64,000 nucleotides of DNA from Trichoplax sp. H2. Lineage: Eukaryota. Both the position numbers and the translations under genes were made by a program. The stretch covers positions 124,001 to 188,000 of the forward strand of contig NOWV01000127.1 of assembly GCA_003344405.1 (NCBI GenBank), written 5' to 3'. The notes beneath the pieces were generated by a model. That model ran no database searches. It worked only from the letters and a program-made list of their open reading frames with translations, and was not told the DNA's origin. Shown in pieces: positions 41,101-56,100 of this stretch (positions are counted from its first letter, which is position 1; every line of letters starts with the position of its first letter).

Positions 41101-44100
41101 TTACAATTCTTTAAGACTTCTTAAATCTTTAAAATCATCGGAGTCTATTGCTTCAATGCGATTATTTGCTACAGATCTAGGCATTTAAAATGACAATTAA
41201 ATGCTTTAGCATTTGGTATTTGGCAGTATCAAGATAAATTAATTTTTCTTTATATTACCGAGTAGGTTATGGATTGCATTCAAAAGCATCGCAACATTAA
41301 AATCATTCTAACGAAGTACCACTTTACGGTATAAAGTTACTGAACCTCTGTTAAATGAGCACATTATCGTAAACCGTCAGTAAAGCGACGGGAGTTTGCA
41401 CTAGTGAATTCTAATTTAAACACCTTGCGAAGATTTATTGTTATAGGCACATGCTCTTTATATGGTATTCTTAATGAAAAAGTATACTAACTAATCTTAT
41501 TTTCGTAGACAAATATTTACACCATTATTTCTAACATTATCATTTTATACTTTTGCACTTATACTGATAAGCTGTACAAGTTAGCCTGGACTTACGATAG
41601 AAATAAAATACTAGCAAAATTCCCTTTTCAATATATGTCTTACGTGAATACAAATACGTCATTATAATCTATGATATACTATTCAAATTATACTTATTTA
41701 ATCAAATTTGATAACAAGCTAGGCTAGGAAGTTTATAAGCTTACAAAGCAACAAGTTGAGATAGTGGTCTTATAAAATCTATCTTTCTTAGGTTGTTCTT
41801 ACCCAAAAATCTGAAAAATCGAAATAAAAAATAAATTATCAGAAAGCTTAAAAAGCTTACAAAGGTAGCTTGCCAATGCTTTATCCAGAAATCAGCTTAA
41901 AATGAATCGCTCTTACGATTAAAATATTATGAAGTAAATGATTTAATCGAATTTTACATGCCAATTAATTTAAGTAATATTTCTGCTGGTTAAACTTACA
42001 GTGAATGTAACCCTGACAATGGTTTTAGTGCGTCTGTCTTAATAGAATTTAGATTATTGGAAGAAATATTTCTGCGGGATTTGAATAGGAATTAGTAACT
42101 TAGAATAATTTTGAAATTATGTTTATAATTAATTTATCAAATACTATTTGAATTAAGTCTATGGCAAAAGATAAGGACGATGCTCTGTCAACCTCATAAC
42201 ATTTTAATAATTCAGATATTAGAAATTTCCAAGTATCTGTTGCAGATTAAGCTAAATTATTTTAAATAAAATTACAGCAAGTGAATTGGCTTTCAATGAC
42301 GTGAATTTGATTATTAAATGGTAACTTTGTCAATTGTAAATGGACAGTATTGAATACAGTAATATAATATTAACATGTTAGCCGTAATTTGTGCCGTATC
42401 TTATTAAATACCCCAGTACTAGAGCTTATATTAGAGTAACACACATTACTGTTACAGAATTACCGTAAATTTCTTTTAAAGTTGATTATTGTGTTTTACA
42501 ATACTCTCCATCAAGAAAGTTCATTATCTGATAATTTACATCTTAGGTGCAAACACCGTTGTCATTAAATTTTTTAATATTTAAATTATAATTACGTCAT
42601 AATAATTTCTATCATTAATTGTTATAACATGTTAATTACCGTATTACATATCACTATGCATGCTTTAGGAGTAAGATAATTACAATTTTCATATATTGCC
42701 TGATGCCACATACAAACCAATAGATAAAATATTAACGTAATATCAATGTAGTTCTTTATTTGTTAGCATACCTAAAGATACTTTCTAGAAATTATCATAT
42801 TAGATATCATGTCATCTTAGCGTCTTCAAAATAATTTCTCAACTAATACAGTATAATTTAATGAAGAAGTTTCTGTTCTAGCAATGTATTCTAATAATTA
42901 CAAATCATTCTCTCTATCTCCGTCCAACTAGAAACTATTGACACTATATTACCCTTGAATTTAAAATAACATAACATTAAGCACCTGAAAAGGAGGTATC
43001 AAATCTGGAGGTGATAACTCAACAAATATGCTCCTAGTACTACACTAGTTTAACCTGATCAAACTTTGATATTTACTAAAATCGAGTAAGAAATTATTAA
43101 GAATCAGCACGAAAGATTTTAATATGAACTTAGCAGTTAGACTTCCTATATGGACATTTTATCTTAACATTAACAAGACTTTTGTGCTACTATTTAACAT
43201 AATTGGAAAAATTTTCGTAAATATCAGCATAAGAATTAAGGTAAATATGCTATCAGACTGTGAATATGCATAATAGCTATCAAACTGTTATGTATATTTA
43301 GGAGTTAGTGGTATCCTTTGGAATTGGTAAATCTTCTAAGATAAAGTATATACTAAGATATAAGATGTAAAGCTTTAAATTAAATTTACCGAGTATAAGA
43401 TATTGAAACATAATTAATAAACATAGAGTTCAGTCTAATAGCCTCTAGTTCTAGTACCAATTAGTTTAATTTCACAGTATAGTTACCGGCTTACATTATG
43501 AATAACAGTGAAAAAATACTTACAATGACATTATATTGCTGTAGTTATTCATATGGAAGGAATAGGTGACGTTTTCAATTTCGCTGTAACGATTGCCTGT
43601 TAAATCACTGATATAAAATCAGGTATTGGTTAGTTAAATTAAAGCAAATTATAATACAAATGCTTGTAGCTATTTTATTTCCTCATATATTGTCACTTAC
43701 AGGTGGGCTAGATAATTTAATGCAGAAAAATTGAGTGGATTTGATTGATGTAGCTTGTTATAAGATAAGTTACTGTTTCAAAGAAGATCTTCACTAAGGT
43801 CATATAGTCTTAAAGTGATTACTTCTTAAGAAATGCAGCAGTAATTAAAATTATTGCTTTAATTATAACTTGATGTTTTACAATGGTTACAATTGCAACT
43901 GAATCATGATCATAAGCATTACAGGGTTCTGCAGTCTCCAAAGTCTAAGTTTTTTATTGTCGATAGGAAATTATTGGTCAAATCCCTATATTGAAAAAAG
44001 ATATCGAAAGATTGAGTAATCAGTAGATAGAAAAATTATTAAAAGATATGCTAGTGTATCAAAGTAAGTTTAAATAAGATTAAATGTTTCCTATAATACA

Positions 44101-47100
44101 AGTATGATTGTGAAAAGTGCTTATTCCCATTTTCTTGTTAAATTACTGAGTGCAAATGTGGTTAGGGTTAAGGTTACACTATTTGCTCAATATCTTTCAA
44201 TTTTTATTTGTATGGTATAGCATTTGAGCTGTGAAAGCATCTACTTCAAGTATATAACGCCTATAAGACTTACAAAGTCTCTATTATAACTGGGTTACTT
44301 GCTCTGTTGCGATTTTCGTCCAGCTTCAATGGATATGATCTTGATAAACCCCTTCGTAAGTCAATAATAATCATAAATAATAAGCGTAGAAAAAAACTTT
44401 TCCAGTTGAAAAGTGTAAAATGTAATGTTATATCCTATTTAGGGTCTATATATATAATAGTTTAGTTATGGTTATTCACTTAAGAAGGCTTTTATGAGAT
44501 TGAATTATAAGTGAGAAGTACGACATACAAAAAGTTCATCGATGCCGTATTGGGTAAATTGAATTCTCGAAAATTTCCAATAGGATTACCACTAAGCTGT
44601 CTAATAAAATTATATTAGAAATATATTTAATTACTTTACTTATTTATCTCTTATTATAATCTTTGTTTATAATTGGTGAAAGTAAACAGCATATAATTAT
44701 ATCGTTAGGAATCAGGCTATATAGTGAAGGAAGTAACAATGATAGTGTACTTACAGCAATTTTAGTTTGTTTAGTCCGAAAAAAGCTTTCCTATCAACAT
44801 GTTTTATGTTATTTGTTTGTAAACGTCTGGAATACACGTAAAACATATCAAAGATAAGCATTTAAATATTATATTATATAAATACACTGAAGATATGTAA
44901 TTCCGCCTTCAGCAACAATATACCGGACGAAGAAAAACTTCTTGAACTATTAACTGTAAATCTGTATCACTATTTTTAATTATTGTTAGATACGATTTGA
45001 TTAAGGTTACAGTAAACTAAATGAGGGATTTCAAGCGAAAATCTTCTTAACTGCAATCTATATAATGCACCATACATTACATGATACGCATTCTGTAAAG
45101 CACACGGTACAGCATGTAATTTTATTACTAATTAGTTATTCATGTTATCGTATAGCGTGTAGAGTAGAATGAATATTTACTTAACCTTAACTTATAAACA
45201 GTGACATTGGAAGCAACAGTTGTTAAAAATAAAGCCTAATTGTCTCTTTAATAATGTACTTTGCATGTGCTAGTAAAAAATGATTAAAATTAACGAATTC
45301 CGAATTTTACCAGTTACAGTGATCTTCTACATCTTTTGAGTTAGTTACAGACTACGATAAGAAGCTATGCACATAACTGTTCCAGAAAATACATTCATTT
45401 TCTATTTTATATGTCTAACAAGATCGACTTGCAGTTTCATTAGATATTTTGACATCATATAATGATTGAAAGATGGATGAAGAACAAATTGTAGTTTCAA
45501 ATTTTACTTAGGATTCGCAAAAATATTACAATATCTAGGCAAAGACCATGCCAGCTTACAAATTATGGAGATTTGAAAGGTACTCAAACTGATTGGGAGC
45601 TAAATTTTTGAGTTCATTTTCATTTATATTTCTAGCCAATATTAAGTATTGAAAACGAGCAATTATTAAAATGACAGCTAGACCAAATGTTATGATCTCA
45701 TTAATAAAAGCAGTACTAGTGAACTTACAAGTCCTGAAGTCTGACTAACGGTTGCAAACTTTCTGAGCTCAAATCGGTTAATTTATTTCCTGCTAAATCT
45801 CTTATCGACATAACATAAGAAACTATGCAATTAGTAGATTGATATTCACATGTTATGCGTAAATAGCTTAATAAATATGATGATTGTAATAGAGAATATA
45901 TAATGTGTTGATGAATAATTGCATGTTCTTAAATATGCTGGTACAAAGTCGGGAAAATTTTCTAATGTATTATTATACGGCATTTATATGTGAGTTATAA
46001 TGGCCAGCTAAATAGCTACGAATAAGAAAGGACAGGTAAGTTATGATGTATGAATGATATTTTATCTTCTAAAAGTTTGGAGAAAATTCTAGGTTTGTTA
46101 TGATTGTATACTCACAGAATAGCAACTTTGTCTAGGTCCTTAAAAGCGGTAGCATCGATCTTAGAAATATTATTAAAGGATAGTCTCCTAAAAATTTAAT
46201 TTGATTAATCTTGATAGGTATTTCCTGAAAGCTTTAGATATGTAATAATTGATTCTAATAAATTGATTGGTATTAGGTTAATTTCCGTTGCTAACTTTTA
46301 CTTTCAAAATCTAAATCTTGTGACGCTTATATATAGATTAAATAATTACAGGGTTATAAGGCTTTTGAGGCCCTTGAACTGGTAGCTATCCAACGAAGTT
46401 AACTTGCCATTAGTGATATTCCTATTCAATATTTAAAACATCAATTGTTATTTTAGAAGTAACTTCAAAAGATATGTCAGTATCTAACTAAGTGCACTTT
46501 GTTACCTAGCTATTAAAATATAAAAAATCTATTAAAACTTCTCTTTTTGAAGGTACGAATACGTTTAAGTATAAGGTCTCATTTAGATTTAAAATTCCAA
46601 CTTTCTTTAACAGAATTCGTCAGTACTACTGTTGGTTATTAACTGAGACTAATAGCGGTTTAAAAATATTTAACTTACAAAATTGTTGTCTTAACCATCG
46701 ATTTAAATAATTCAGGAGGAAGATTCAATATGGGATTGTAATCCAAATTTCTAAAAAATATATAGTTAATTAGATGAATAATGCACTGGATTAAAAAAGA
46801 TCATTTGCAAATTTTGTATTCGCTGAGGTAACTAGTAGTTTATTATCTTAAACTAGCCATGAAAATCTATAAGAAACTAGTTCGTATGGAAATTTTTAAT
46901 TAAATTCTTATTTATCTTATGTTGATATCTGCAGTTCCAGCGACTTTGTACTATTTTCATACTTACATCAATTTAATTGCAGTCAATGGCTGGAATGATG
47001 TTGAGGCAATTAATTGGATATTATTGTAATCTAAATGCCTTTATTATTCCGGTTAGAAATCGGATTTAGGAAATTTTGTTTTCAATTATTTAAGATAATT

Positions 47101-50100
47101 GAATTTGGGTTATGTAATAGTAACTTATAATAATGATCATTTGATTCTTACAGTTCCCGCAAGTTTGGAGCACATATAGTTTCTGGATAAATAGTTGTTA
47201 GATTATTACGATCTAAGCTCCTAAAAATGAAAACCAGTGGTGTGTTATCATAAGCTTATAATCCAATTAAATGGCTGATATCTTATAGGAAAAATAGCTG
47301 CTAAGAGCCGAGATATTCACGGCTTACAGTATAATTAATTATACATTATTACTAGGTCTAAGCCAGTTTGAATTTCAACACTATTTCTCAGTAAAATATA
47401 GTTGGAGGGGTTCATCATATTAATACAAGGTCTTATCGCAGTATCTTTATACAACGCTTTATGTTTAGACAAATCATACCCCAAAAATCTAATGTAACTT
47501 TCTATGGATTAATAGTGAAATTAATTTGTACATAGATAATCTAAAATGAAGTACATATAATTGATTACCGCTTACACTATTGTAATGTAACATAGTATTG
47601 TGATTGTAGACTGTTAGCCATGTAATCGTGCTCCCTAGCAATTAAGAATTTAAATTTTGATATAGTAACGTTACTTGGTAAATTTTTAATAAGACTTACA
47701 ATACTTCTAGTTTCTTAAAGTCGCAAAATGTATTATTTTCTATGGCATGCAATTTATTTTGAGCAAGGTCACTATATAAAAGAAAAGAAGATATGCGANN
47801 NNNNNNNNNNNNNNNNNNGCAGTAGAATAGTCTTACTAAGAATAATTAACTATGTGTAAAATAAGGTAAAAGGTTGCCATGCCGATTGTAGCTGCGAATG
47901 CTACGAAAAGTATAAAAGCATGCAACTTTAGATTATTCTGTTACTTCGTTGTAGAAGTCTTTAGTAGCAGTATTCGTCTAGAGTAGAGCTGTGTGTAGTT
48001 AATCTTTGTATAAGATTCAATAAAGCCCTTATTTTTCTAAAATTTGGAATTTCGTGATCGGTATATATCATAACTATCTATGAACTAATATTTTCAAAGA
48101 TATATATTATACTAACATTTGCATCATAAATGATCATGCAATGCGTACATATTAAAAATTCCATATTTAAACATATTCGAATAATAATAGTAATCGTGCT
48201 CCCTAGCAATTGAGAATTTAAATTTTGATATAGTAACGTTAATTGGTAAATTTTTAATAAGACTTACAATACTTCTAGTTTCTTAAAGTCGCAAAATGTA
48301 TTATTTTCTATGGCATGCAATTTATTTTGAGCAAGGTCACTATATAAAAGAAAAGAAGATATGCGAACGAAATTGATATTAAGGATTTATGACTACATTA
48401 ACACCATTTATATTATTTGCAATGTAATTATATCCTAGTAGACGATAGGATATGACATTTAGTTTAGTCTTTAGCTTCACATTATTACTTGTATGTATAT
48501 ATCATGTAAATAAACGCGCAAACAATTTAGCATAAATAAAATGTCAGAAATATATACGAGCATTACAGATTGTATGCAATAAATTCTCTCAGTTTGCTTA
48601 CAAATCTATCAAATTTGTTAAGCTGCTAACAGAATCACGTTGTAAATTCTCCAAATTGTTGCCTGCAATGAAACTAAAGCGTAAATAATCAATACTTCGA
48701 TTACTATTATCCAAAATAAGTTATTTGTCGTGATACTGTAATTTACGGTAAAAATAAAGTCAGATCAATAATTAAATTCGAAAGTGTATCGTATCAATTG
48801 AATTTAGTATTAAATTTGTAGTTGTTGACGTATAATGATTACCAAATGGATATTAAATATGAAGATTGCATTAGTAAATATATTTAAATATGATTTTACT
48901 GTAATCCATTATAATAAATGTATCGTGCATTAGATTCGTATTAAATGATATTAGTATAAGAGCTTATACTTTAAAGCAACTGTCATCTAGATTTAGTTAA
49001 ATAAATGATCAACTATCTTTAATTAAAAATTGCAATTAACCAGCATAACTATAACTGTTATGTCAGCAATATACAATGTGTTGAAATACTCGTAGACATT
49101 CCAAATCTTTGTACGGTTTGTTTGAAATCTTACGTACATCTTCCTAAGCCGGTTTGAGCCACTAAAAGCATTGCTTTCAATTGTTTCAATTTCATTATTC
49201 GAAAGGCATCTAATTTGAAATAGTTACCGTACTTCATTATGACTGATATTCAAAGTAGCATTCATTTCTATAGAATAATATCAAAAATTCTTAGCTGGTA
49301 AGTTATATGTAGGCTAGAAAAATTAAACATTTGAACTTCTATTTAAAATGATAATTAAAAATTATCATCGTTACTACATACAAGGTCTCCAGGTTATGAA
49401 GATCGATGAAATAGTTCGATCTTATGATTGATAGCTTGTTTTTGGAAAGCGATCTGCATAAATATAACAAATTTAATCAATGTATGAATACCTGGCTGCC
49501 ATAATACTTAAATAGGCCGATCAAAATTGCAAATTTTTCTTCTATATTCACAAAGTGGAGCATAGATTGATTAAATTCTACTTCAGTAATCTATAGTTTT
49601 TCAATCTCAATAAGACACTATAGATCTTTATATGGTATATTACCTGCATACGATACGCTCCACTAATTTTCTAAACATGTTTGTTTGTTAAGATCGTAAT
49701 GCAATCGATTTATACTTTCTTTTTCAACTGTTATTATTACTACTACTTACATTACTTACATTATTCACATGATGGCTTACACTGTAATATGTCTTTATTA
49801 ATAACTATCAACCGCGAATTATAGCAAACAATTACGGATCTATTTCCTGCTAGAGTATCTATGCGAATCCAGATGATAGTCATGAAATAGGGTTATTTAG
49901 ATTAATTGAACTCTCTATCATAAAAGTGAAATACAAACTATAGTGATATATCGTAGGCAATTTATACATTATTCTGCTTTATCAGACATACAACAAGTTC
50001 AATCCAGCAATTGGCTTAAAGGCTCCATCATCGATAGATAAGATTTCATTAGATTCCATAGTTCTGTCAATAAAATGAAAAAGATAGATAAGGATAAATT

Positions 50101-53100
50101 TGTATAATATAAATTCTTAGTCGTCAGATTGAATTATTATTTGTAGAACCAAAATGCAATTGCAGAAGTATCCAATTATTTACTGTAAATAAAATGGTTG
50201 AATGATAGTTTCAGTTCTATCAAACGAAAGTTCTAGCCACATCAACTAGAGATTAGTCTGTAATGTTTTCATAATTAATTAATGATTTAATGATATTCAA
50301 TCATGAGATTAGCAGTAATTTATTTGGCTTTATATCTTCTAAAATCTTATCTGAAATTGGCAAGTGTGGTAGATATAATCTTTATCATTAAATTAATAAA
50401 TCGAATGTATTATTAAAAGACATTAATCATCTACGGGTATTGTAAAAAACATGACAAAAATGAAATGACATTATAATATAAATCATTAGGAAATTTTTCT
50501 TACACTTCCGTTAGTTTGGAGAGGCATGCAAAGCTACCATTTGAAACTTTAGATAAATTGTTATCATTGAGGTCTCTAGAGAAAACAGTTCAAAATTACA
50601 GTTTTTTCCAGCTTCAGAGATAAACTTGAAATTACGTGCCAGAATACTATTTAAAGTACGTATGTACAAATCAATTAACGGTTTTACGTCGCCAATGTTA
50701 TACATGAAGTAAAATTGCTGACATATAAACATATACTTTTAAATGATTACTATAAATCTGCTATGCAGTATTATAACATATATATACATCACAAGAAGTA
50801 AATTGATTAAAAGAAACATTAAGAAAAGGTGAAATTTTATGAGGTATAATAAGAACTAATATCTAGAAACAGTTCATGTTTCATTTAATATGCATGCGAT
50901 AGTACCATTATCTTGAAGTATGAAAGACAATTAAGAATTTTTTATGATTGAGTTAATTAAAATTATTACGCGATTCAATGCGTTAGGTTGATGACCATCA
51001 ACGATAATACAATATTTTACCAATAAGTTTCAGAAAAAAATAATAAGTTTTGAGCTTTACTAAACTTACAGTAACCACAGATTGGGCATTGAACAGAATG
51101 ACCCGCTTTCGATAGAATTGATATCATTATTGTGTAAACTCCTAATAATTAGAAATGCTACGTCAAATTCACGTACTTTACATCATATAAAGAAATACTA
51201 AATGTGCTATTTAATTAACATCGAATTTATAGCTAAAGTAGTACAGTACAGAATGGAATAATACATATCATAACTTAATTTAAGTAAGAAGGTATCCATA
51301 GTTTTATCTACAAATAACCGGAATGAAGCAAAGCATTTTCGTTATCGTAGTTTGTATATTATAATAAAGATTAAGTCTGATAGATACTGCTCGATGAAAG
51401 GTAAGAAAAAGCCTAAGTTAATAGATACATATGCCTTAACTATCGATAATAAGGTTAAGGTAACAGAGAATTTTGCTTTATCAGATACTTGAGTATTTGA
51501 CGATATACATAATAAGCACTATTATTTCATTTTATCTAATAGTTTACAAGTTTTTCAAGTTAGAAAGACAAGCAAAGGTGTAACGTTCAATTTTCTGAAT
51601 TTTGTTCTGGAAAAGCCGTCTATAGTTAAGTCAAAAAAAGAACTTAGTGAGTATTAATCGTTTGATTTTTATGTATATCGCGTACGGATGAGGCAGTTCT
51701 TATGAAGATAGATACGTACAGATTCGAAACACTTAATAACGTACAAAACGAATTCGGTTCGATGTAAGTAATTGAATTTTGTTCTATGTCTCTAAAATAT
51801 CGAAATAGTTGAGGTTAGCACTGATCTGCCCAAATTGAAATTTTTACGGCTAATTCCAATATGGTTATTGGTTGATTTTGTGAATTGCGAGGAACCATGT
51901 AATAGTTCACGTAGCCGCTAGCAAGTCATTATGATATTTTTTGAAGGACATGCTTTACATGTTCATTAATGGCATCCGAAGCTCAGTGAGTATTTACCGA
52001 ATTGATTATATAATTTATTTTTAAAATTCAAATTCTTACAGAAGTTGCACTGATGATAAGCCAGTGAAGGCCCATAGACCAATTGTTTTCAGCTGATTTC
52101 TTGCAAGATCACTAATTAAAGATGATGTTTAGCGAAAAATTTAGACCGTATAGTAAATTAAGAATTTAAATCATTTTCATTTCCATGGAAAATTAGCTCT
52201 ATATAATGAGAGAGTGTAATATTGTATTCTAATTTTATGATATATTTAGTACTGTCTACGTAGTTATTGTGTTCAACATGTGATAGATATTCCGTTAGAG
52301 GCTTAAGTATTTGAGATGTTAATACGGAAGTGTGTAGCAAGTAAGGTGCTAAGATTGTTGACGCGGAAAAGTTTATAAGTGAATAGTTTAGCACGGTAAA
52401 ATAGTTCTTTCTCGTTAGAAGTCCTCAGTTGATTGATTACGTTATATTTTGGTAAACGAGATTTTGTTCAATAAATCTTAATTTTCTAAAGTCTTGAAGA
52501 TTCTTTATCTATCAAGCTCACACTCTGCTAATTAAAAAGTAGCGGTGGCTAATTATAGTTATAAAAGTAAATTTGATAAACTACATTGGTAGATTGTGCG
52601 ATAAGCTTTTGATACTATAAATATAATACTACACTATTACTGTCAATATAAAAGAATTCTGTAAAAGAATTCTATAAAATTTCAATCTTACAGTGTACGA
52701 AGTTTGGTCAAGTTACGGAATGAATTTGGCTCAATTTCTTCGATAGCATTAGCTTCAAGAAATCTAAAATATTAAATAATGGTATTGTTATTTACTAAGT
52801 ACTTGTATAAGCTCATTCAAGTTGGAATAGATTTTTTCGTTGCTAATGGTCAGAATATTTCGGTATATCAATGATCGCAGCTATTCAGGATGAGTATGAA
52901 AATATCACTGCGCTTTTTCTTCTATATTAACTTATTTTATACTTACAAGCCAATTAATGATATCAAACAATCCAAACTATCATTTTTAATCACTTTCAAA
53001 CGATTGCCTTTCAAATTTCTAAATAGTAAATTTCATATGTGCCAAAAAGAAAAATATTATGTCTAATCTTAGATAGTTTCATAATTAACTTACAATGTCT

Positions 53101-56100
53101 GTATTGACGCGATCGTAATTAAAGAAATTTATTAATTGTTCTTTAGCTACGATGTATGATAACTCTGATGATTAACTTATTTTTACATATTAATACGCAC
53201 AGACGAGTAAGTGACTGCAAACCACATAAGGAATTGGGTTCAATAACCGAAATGGCATTATGCCTAATTCGCCTGAGATGTTGATGAAAGAATGATAGTT
53301 CTAGATTAGTTGGTGAGAACACTGCCATTGCAATGTATTACATTAAAAATGAAATAAATATAATAGCTACTGATTGTGCCACATTGAATATTTGATTATA
53401 ATTGTAAATCAGAAATAAGATTTTGAAATTAAAAAAAATACTACTTATACTGTACATTACAATGCGGTCTTAAAATGATTTACTGGAAATGAAATTCTAC
53501 TGGATGATAGCAGCCAAAATTTAGAGCGAGCTAACGCACATAGATATATTATCAGATAGAATATCATCTATCGCAGACTTACAAATACTTCAAATTCGAT
53601 AAACAACCGAAATTGTCTTTAGACAGGGTTTTAATTCGATTATTATCCAAAAATCTAGTCAAAATTCAGATAAGATTTAAAAGTGGGATCAAAATGCTAA
53701 TATATGCTAATACAGCTAATGCAATTTCCCTCCGATGATACTGTTAACAGAGTATGTCCGTGTATTGCACTTACAAGTACTGCAGATTTTGCAATGTACA
53801 TAATGCTTTTGATTGGATGTCGATTAGAGCGTTCGAATCAAGTTTCCTACAAAAATTGGATATACAGATATTAACCATTACGTTTACTAGCTAACACTAC
53901 AATTGTAATGATCATGTATAGTCAAGGAAGCAAATAAGGCAGCTAGGACTTGGATTTTTAATGTAGTTATTGGAAAATGATTTATGACTTTTAGTGAAAT
54001 TTCACTATGGGGCACAGAGGATTATGTAGCAACCGCTTGAAAAATAATTTCAAAGGGTTCTTTCTTAACTTTTGCAGTGTAATCTTAAATTATTACTATC
54101 AATATTATAAGAATACATAGATAGCAAAACGAATCATTTCACCGAGAATGCATTACTAGGACAATATAAGCCTTATACTGTATAAAAGGAGTGTAAGACT
54201 TCAAATTTGAGCTTAGGTGCGGGGTTATTCTGATTTGAAAGGCATAACTTACAGTGATTTTAGGTTGGTTAAGCAATTAAATGATCCATTTGTAATGAAT
54301 TGCAGTCGATTAGCTTCTAAAGACCTTAAAAATGTATAAAGCAGTATGCTGGATATATCTCGACATTCTTTAAGTAATACGAGTATACTCGTAGACAGAA
54401 TAAATTTTGAAAACTTACAAATTGGCTAGCCGTGGCAAGCCACAGAATGCATCTGGTTCAATGGTCTCAATCAAGCTGCTGGTAATATTCCTATATTAAG
54501 TAATCATAGATGTTGGGTATCATTATCTAGAGATACTATTAACAACTGCTTTAAAGGTTCTTATTGCTTTTCACATGCATAGCGGACAGAAAATTTAGCA
54601 GTAGTAAGAGTTATTGTAAAATTAACTATTAACTGCTAGTCCATTCTTGATTGCAAGGACGACTTACGAGCGTCGTTCACTCTTGTAATGATTACAAATT
54701 ACAAAGTTGTAGCATACACAGTAGATTATTTAATGTTTACTCGGTGCAATTAACAATTTTTTATGTAGAATTAAGAAGTACAAATTAGCAAATGTAAACA
54801 TCTGTGCTTACTATACATTACATAATATTTATACAAAATTATAGTATTAATCTTTGCAGCATACAGCAACTGTAGGTAATTAGTCACCGTTGCTAAGTAA
54901 TTTGTAACGATAACAAGTTTTAAACATGAAAACGTAAAAAGCAAACTGTAACAATGGCAAGTTTATGGCTTCCAAATTCTCATTAGATGAATGGAATTAA
55001 CCCACTACATTATATGTCATAACATCACAATTACCGTCAGGAAAAATAGAATTAGATTATATTAATGTATAGTGATATTAGATATCTTGCGTTAAGATAC
55101 TATAATATTTGATATCTTGTGTTAAAATATTGCGATAATTCATATTTTGCGTTAAGGTTTAGTGATAATAGATAGTTCGTCTTAAGATATTGTCATATTG
55201 GATATTGTAGATATTTTAATACAATCTATTTGTAAGTTTTAAAAAGTATATCAGCATATTATAAACAGGCAAAAGGAGAAGTAAACAAATTAATTCTCAT
55301 CTACGTGTCTTGTATTACTGTGTTCTTGTAAACTTTGCTAAGGTAGACGATTAGGAATTATCTACAAATTATAATAGAGTTATTTGAGTTAAAGTGCCTA
55401 ATGTTAAACTCATACTGATCGTGTAGAAAATGGGCTATACATTATTGGCAGAACAGCAGTGAAAGTCTACATGGTAGAAGAAAATTTTTGTATTGCAATT
55501 GAGGTCGTGACTTCACGGTAGTCTGAAGGTAATGTCAGGTAATTTTTGATAGCCTTGTGTTGTGGAGTGACTTTTACTTACTATTTGCTTATCTTATTAT
55601 CCTGACGTTGGTCAAGTTAGATTGGAAGACTTGGAGATTAAATAAAGGTAACTTATTTAGTAATTCTAGATTGTATGTCAGGGAATTACGACAAGACAGA
55701 TTACCCGATATAATCTCCCTCTCCCAAGGTAGTGGGAAATACTAAGAGTGTAATATGGCGCATGGCACTAGTATTATCTAAGTAAGCGCTCATTACTAAT
55801 GCTTACATAAACTGACTATAAATTAAGTGATTTTTCAATAAAGTTAAGGTTTAGTTTTATTCAGAAAGACCAGTAGTGCGACTGTTCCTCCTGCCGACTG
55901 GAGATTGTCAGTATCTAGAGTGGCACTGCAGGCTCGCGGTTGTAGTTTTCTGCAATAGCTTAACTTTCCTCACGTTACAAATTTAGACTTACAGTGCATT
56001 GGTATTTATTTGTATTTAGTTGTAATAGCTGTCTATTCGTACAAATATTCATTGGTTTAAACTAGTATAGGATAATCAGCGAGGAATTTTCCTATCTATA

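Noticed and set aside
47700-47771. Apparent extra identical LRR exon
   Set aside because: Flush with an assembly gap and near-identical including intron flanks; most likely allelic and not counted.
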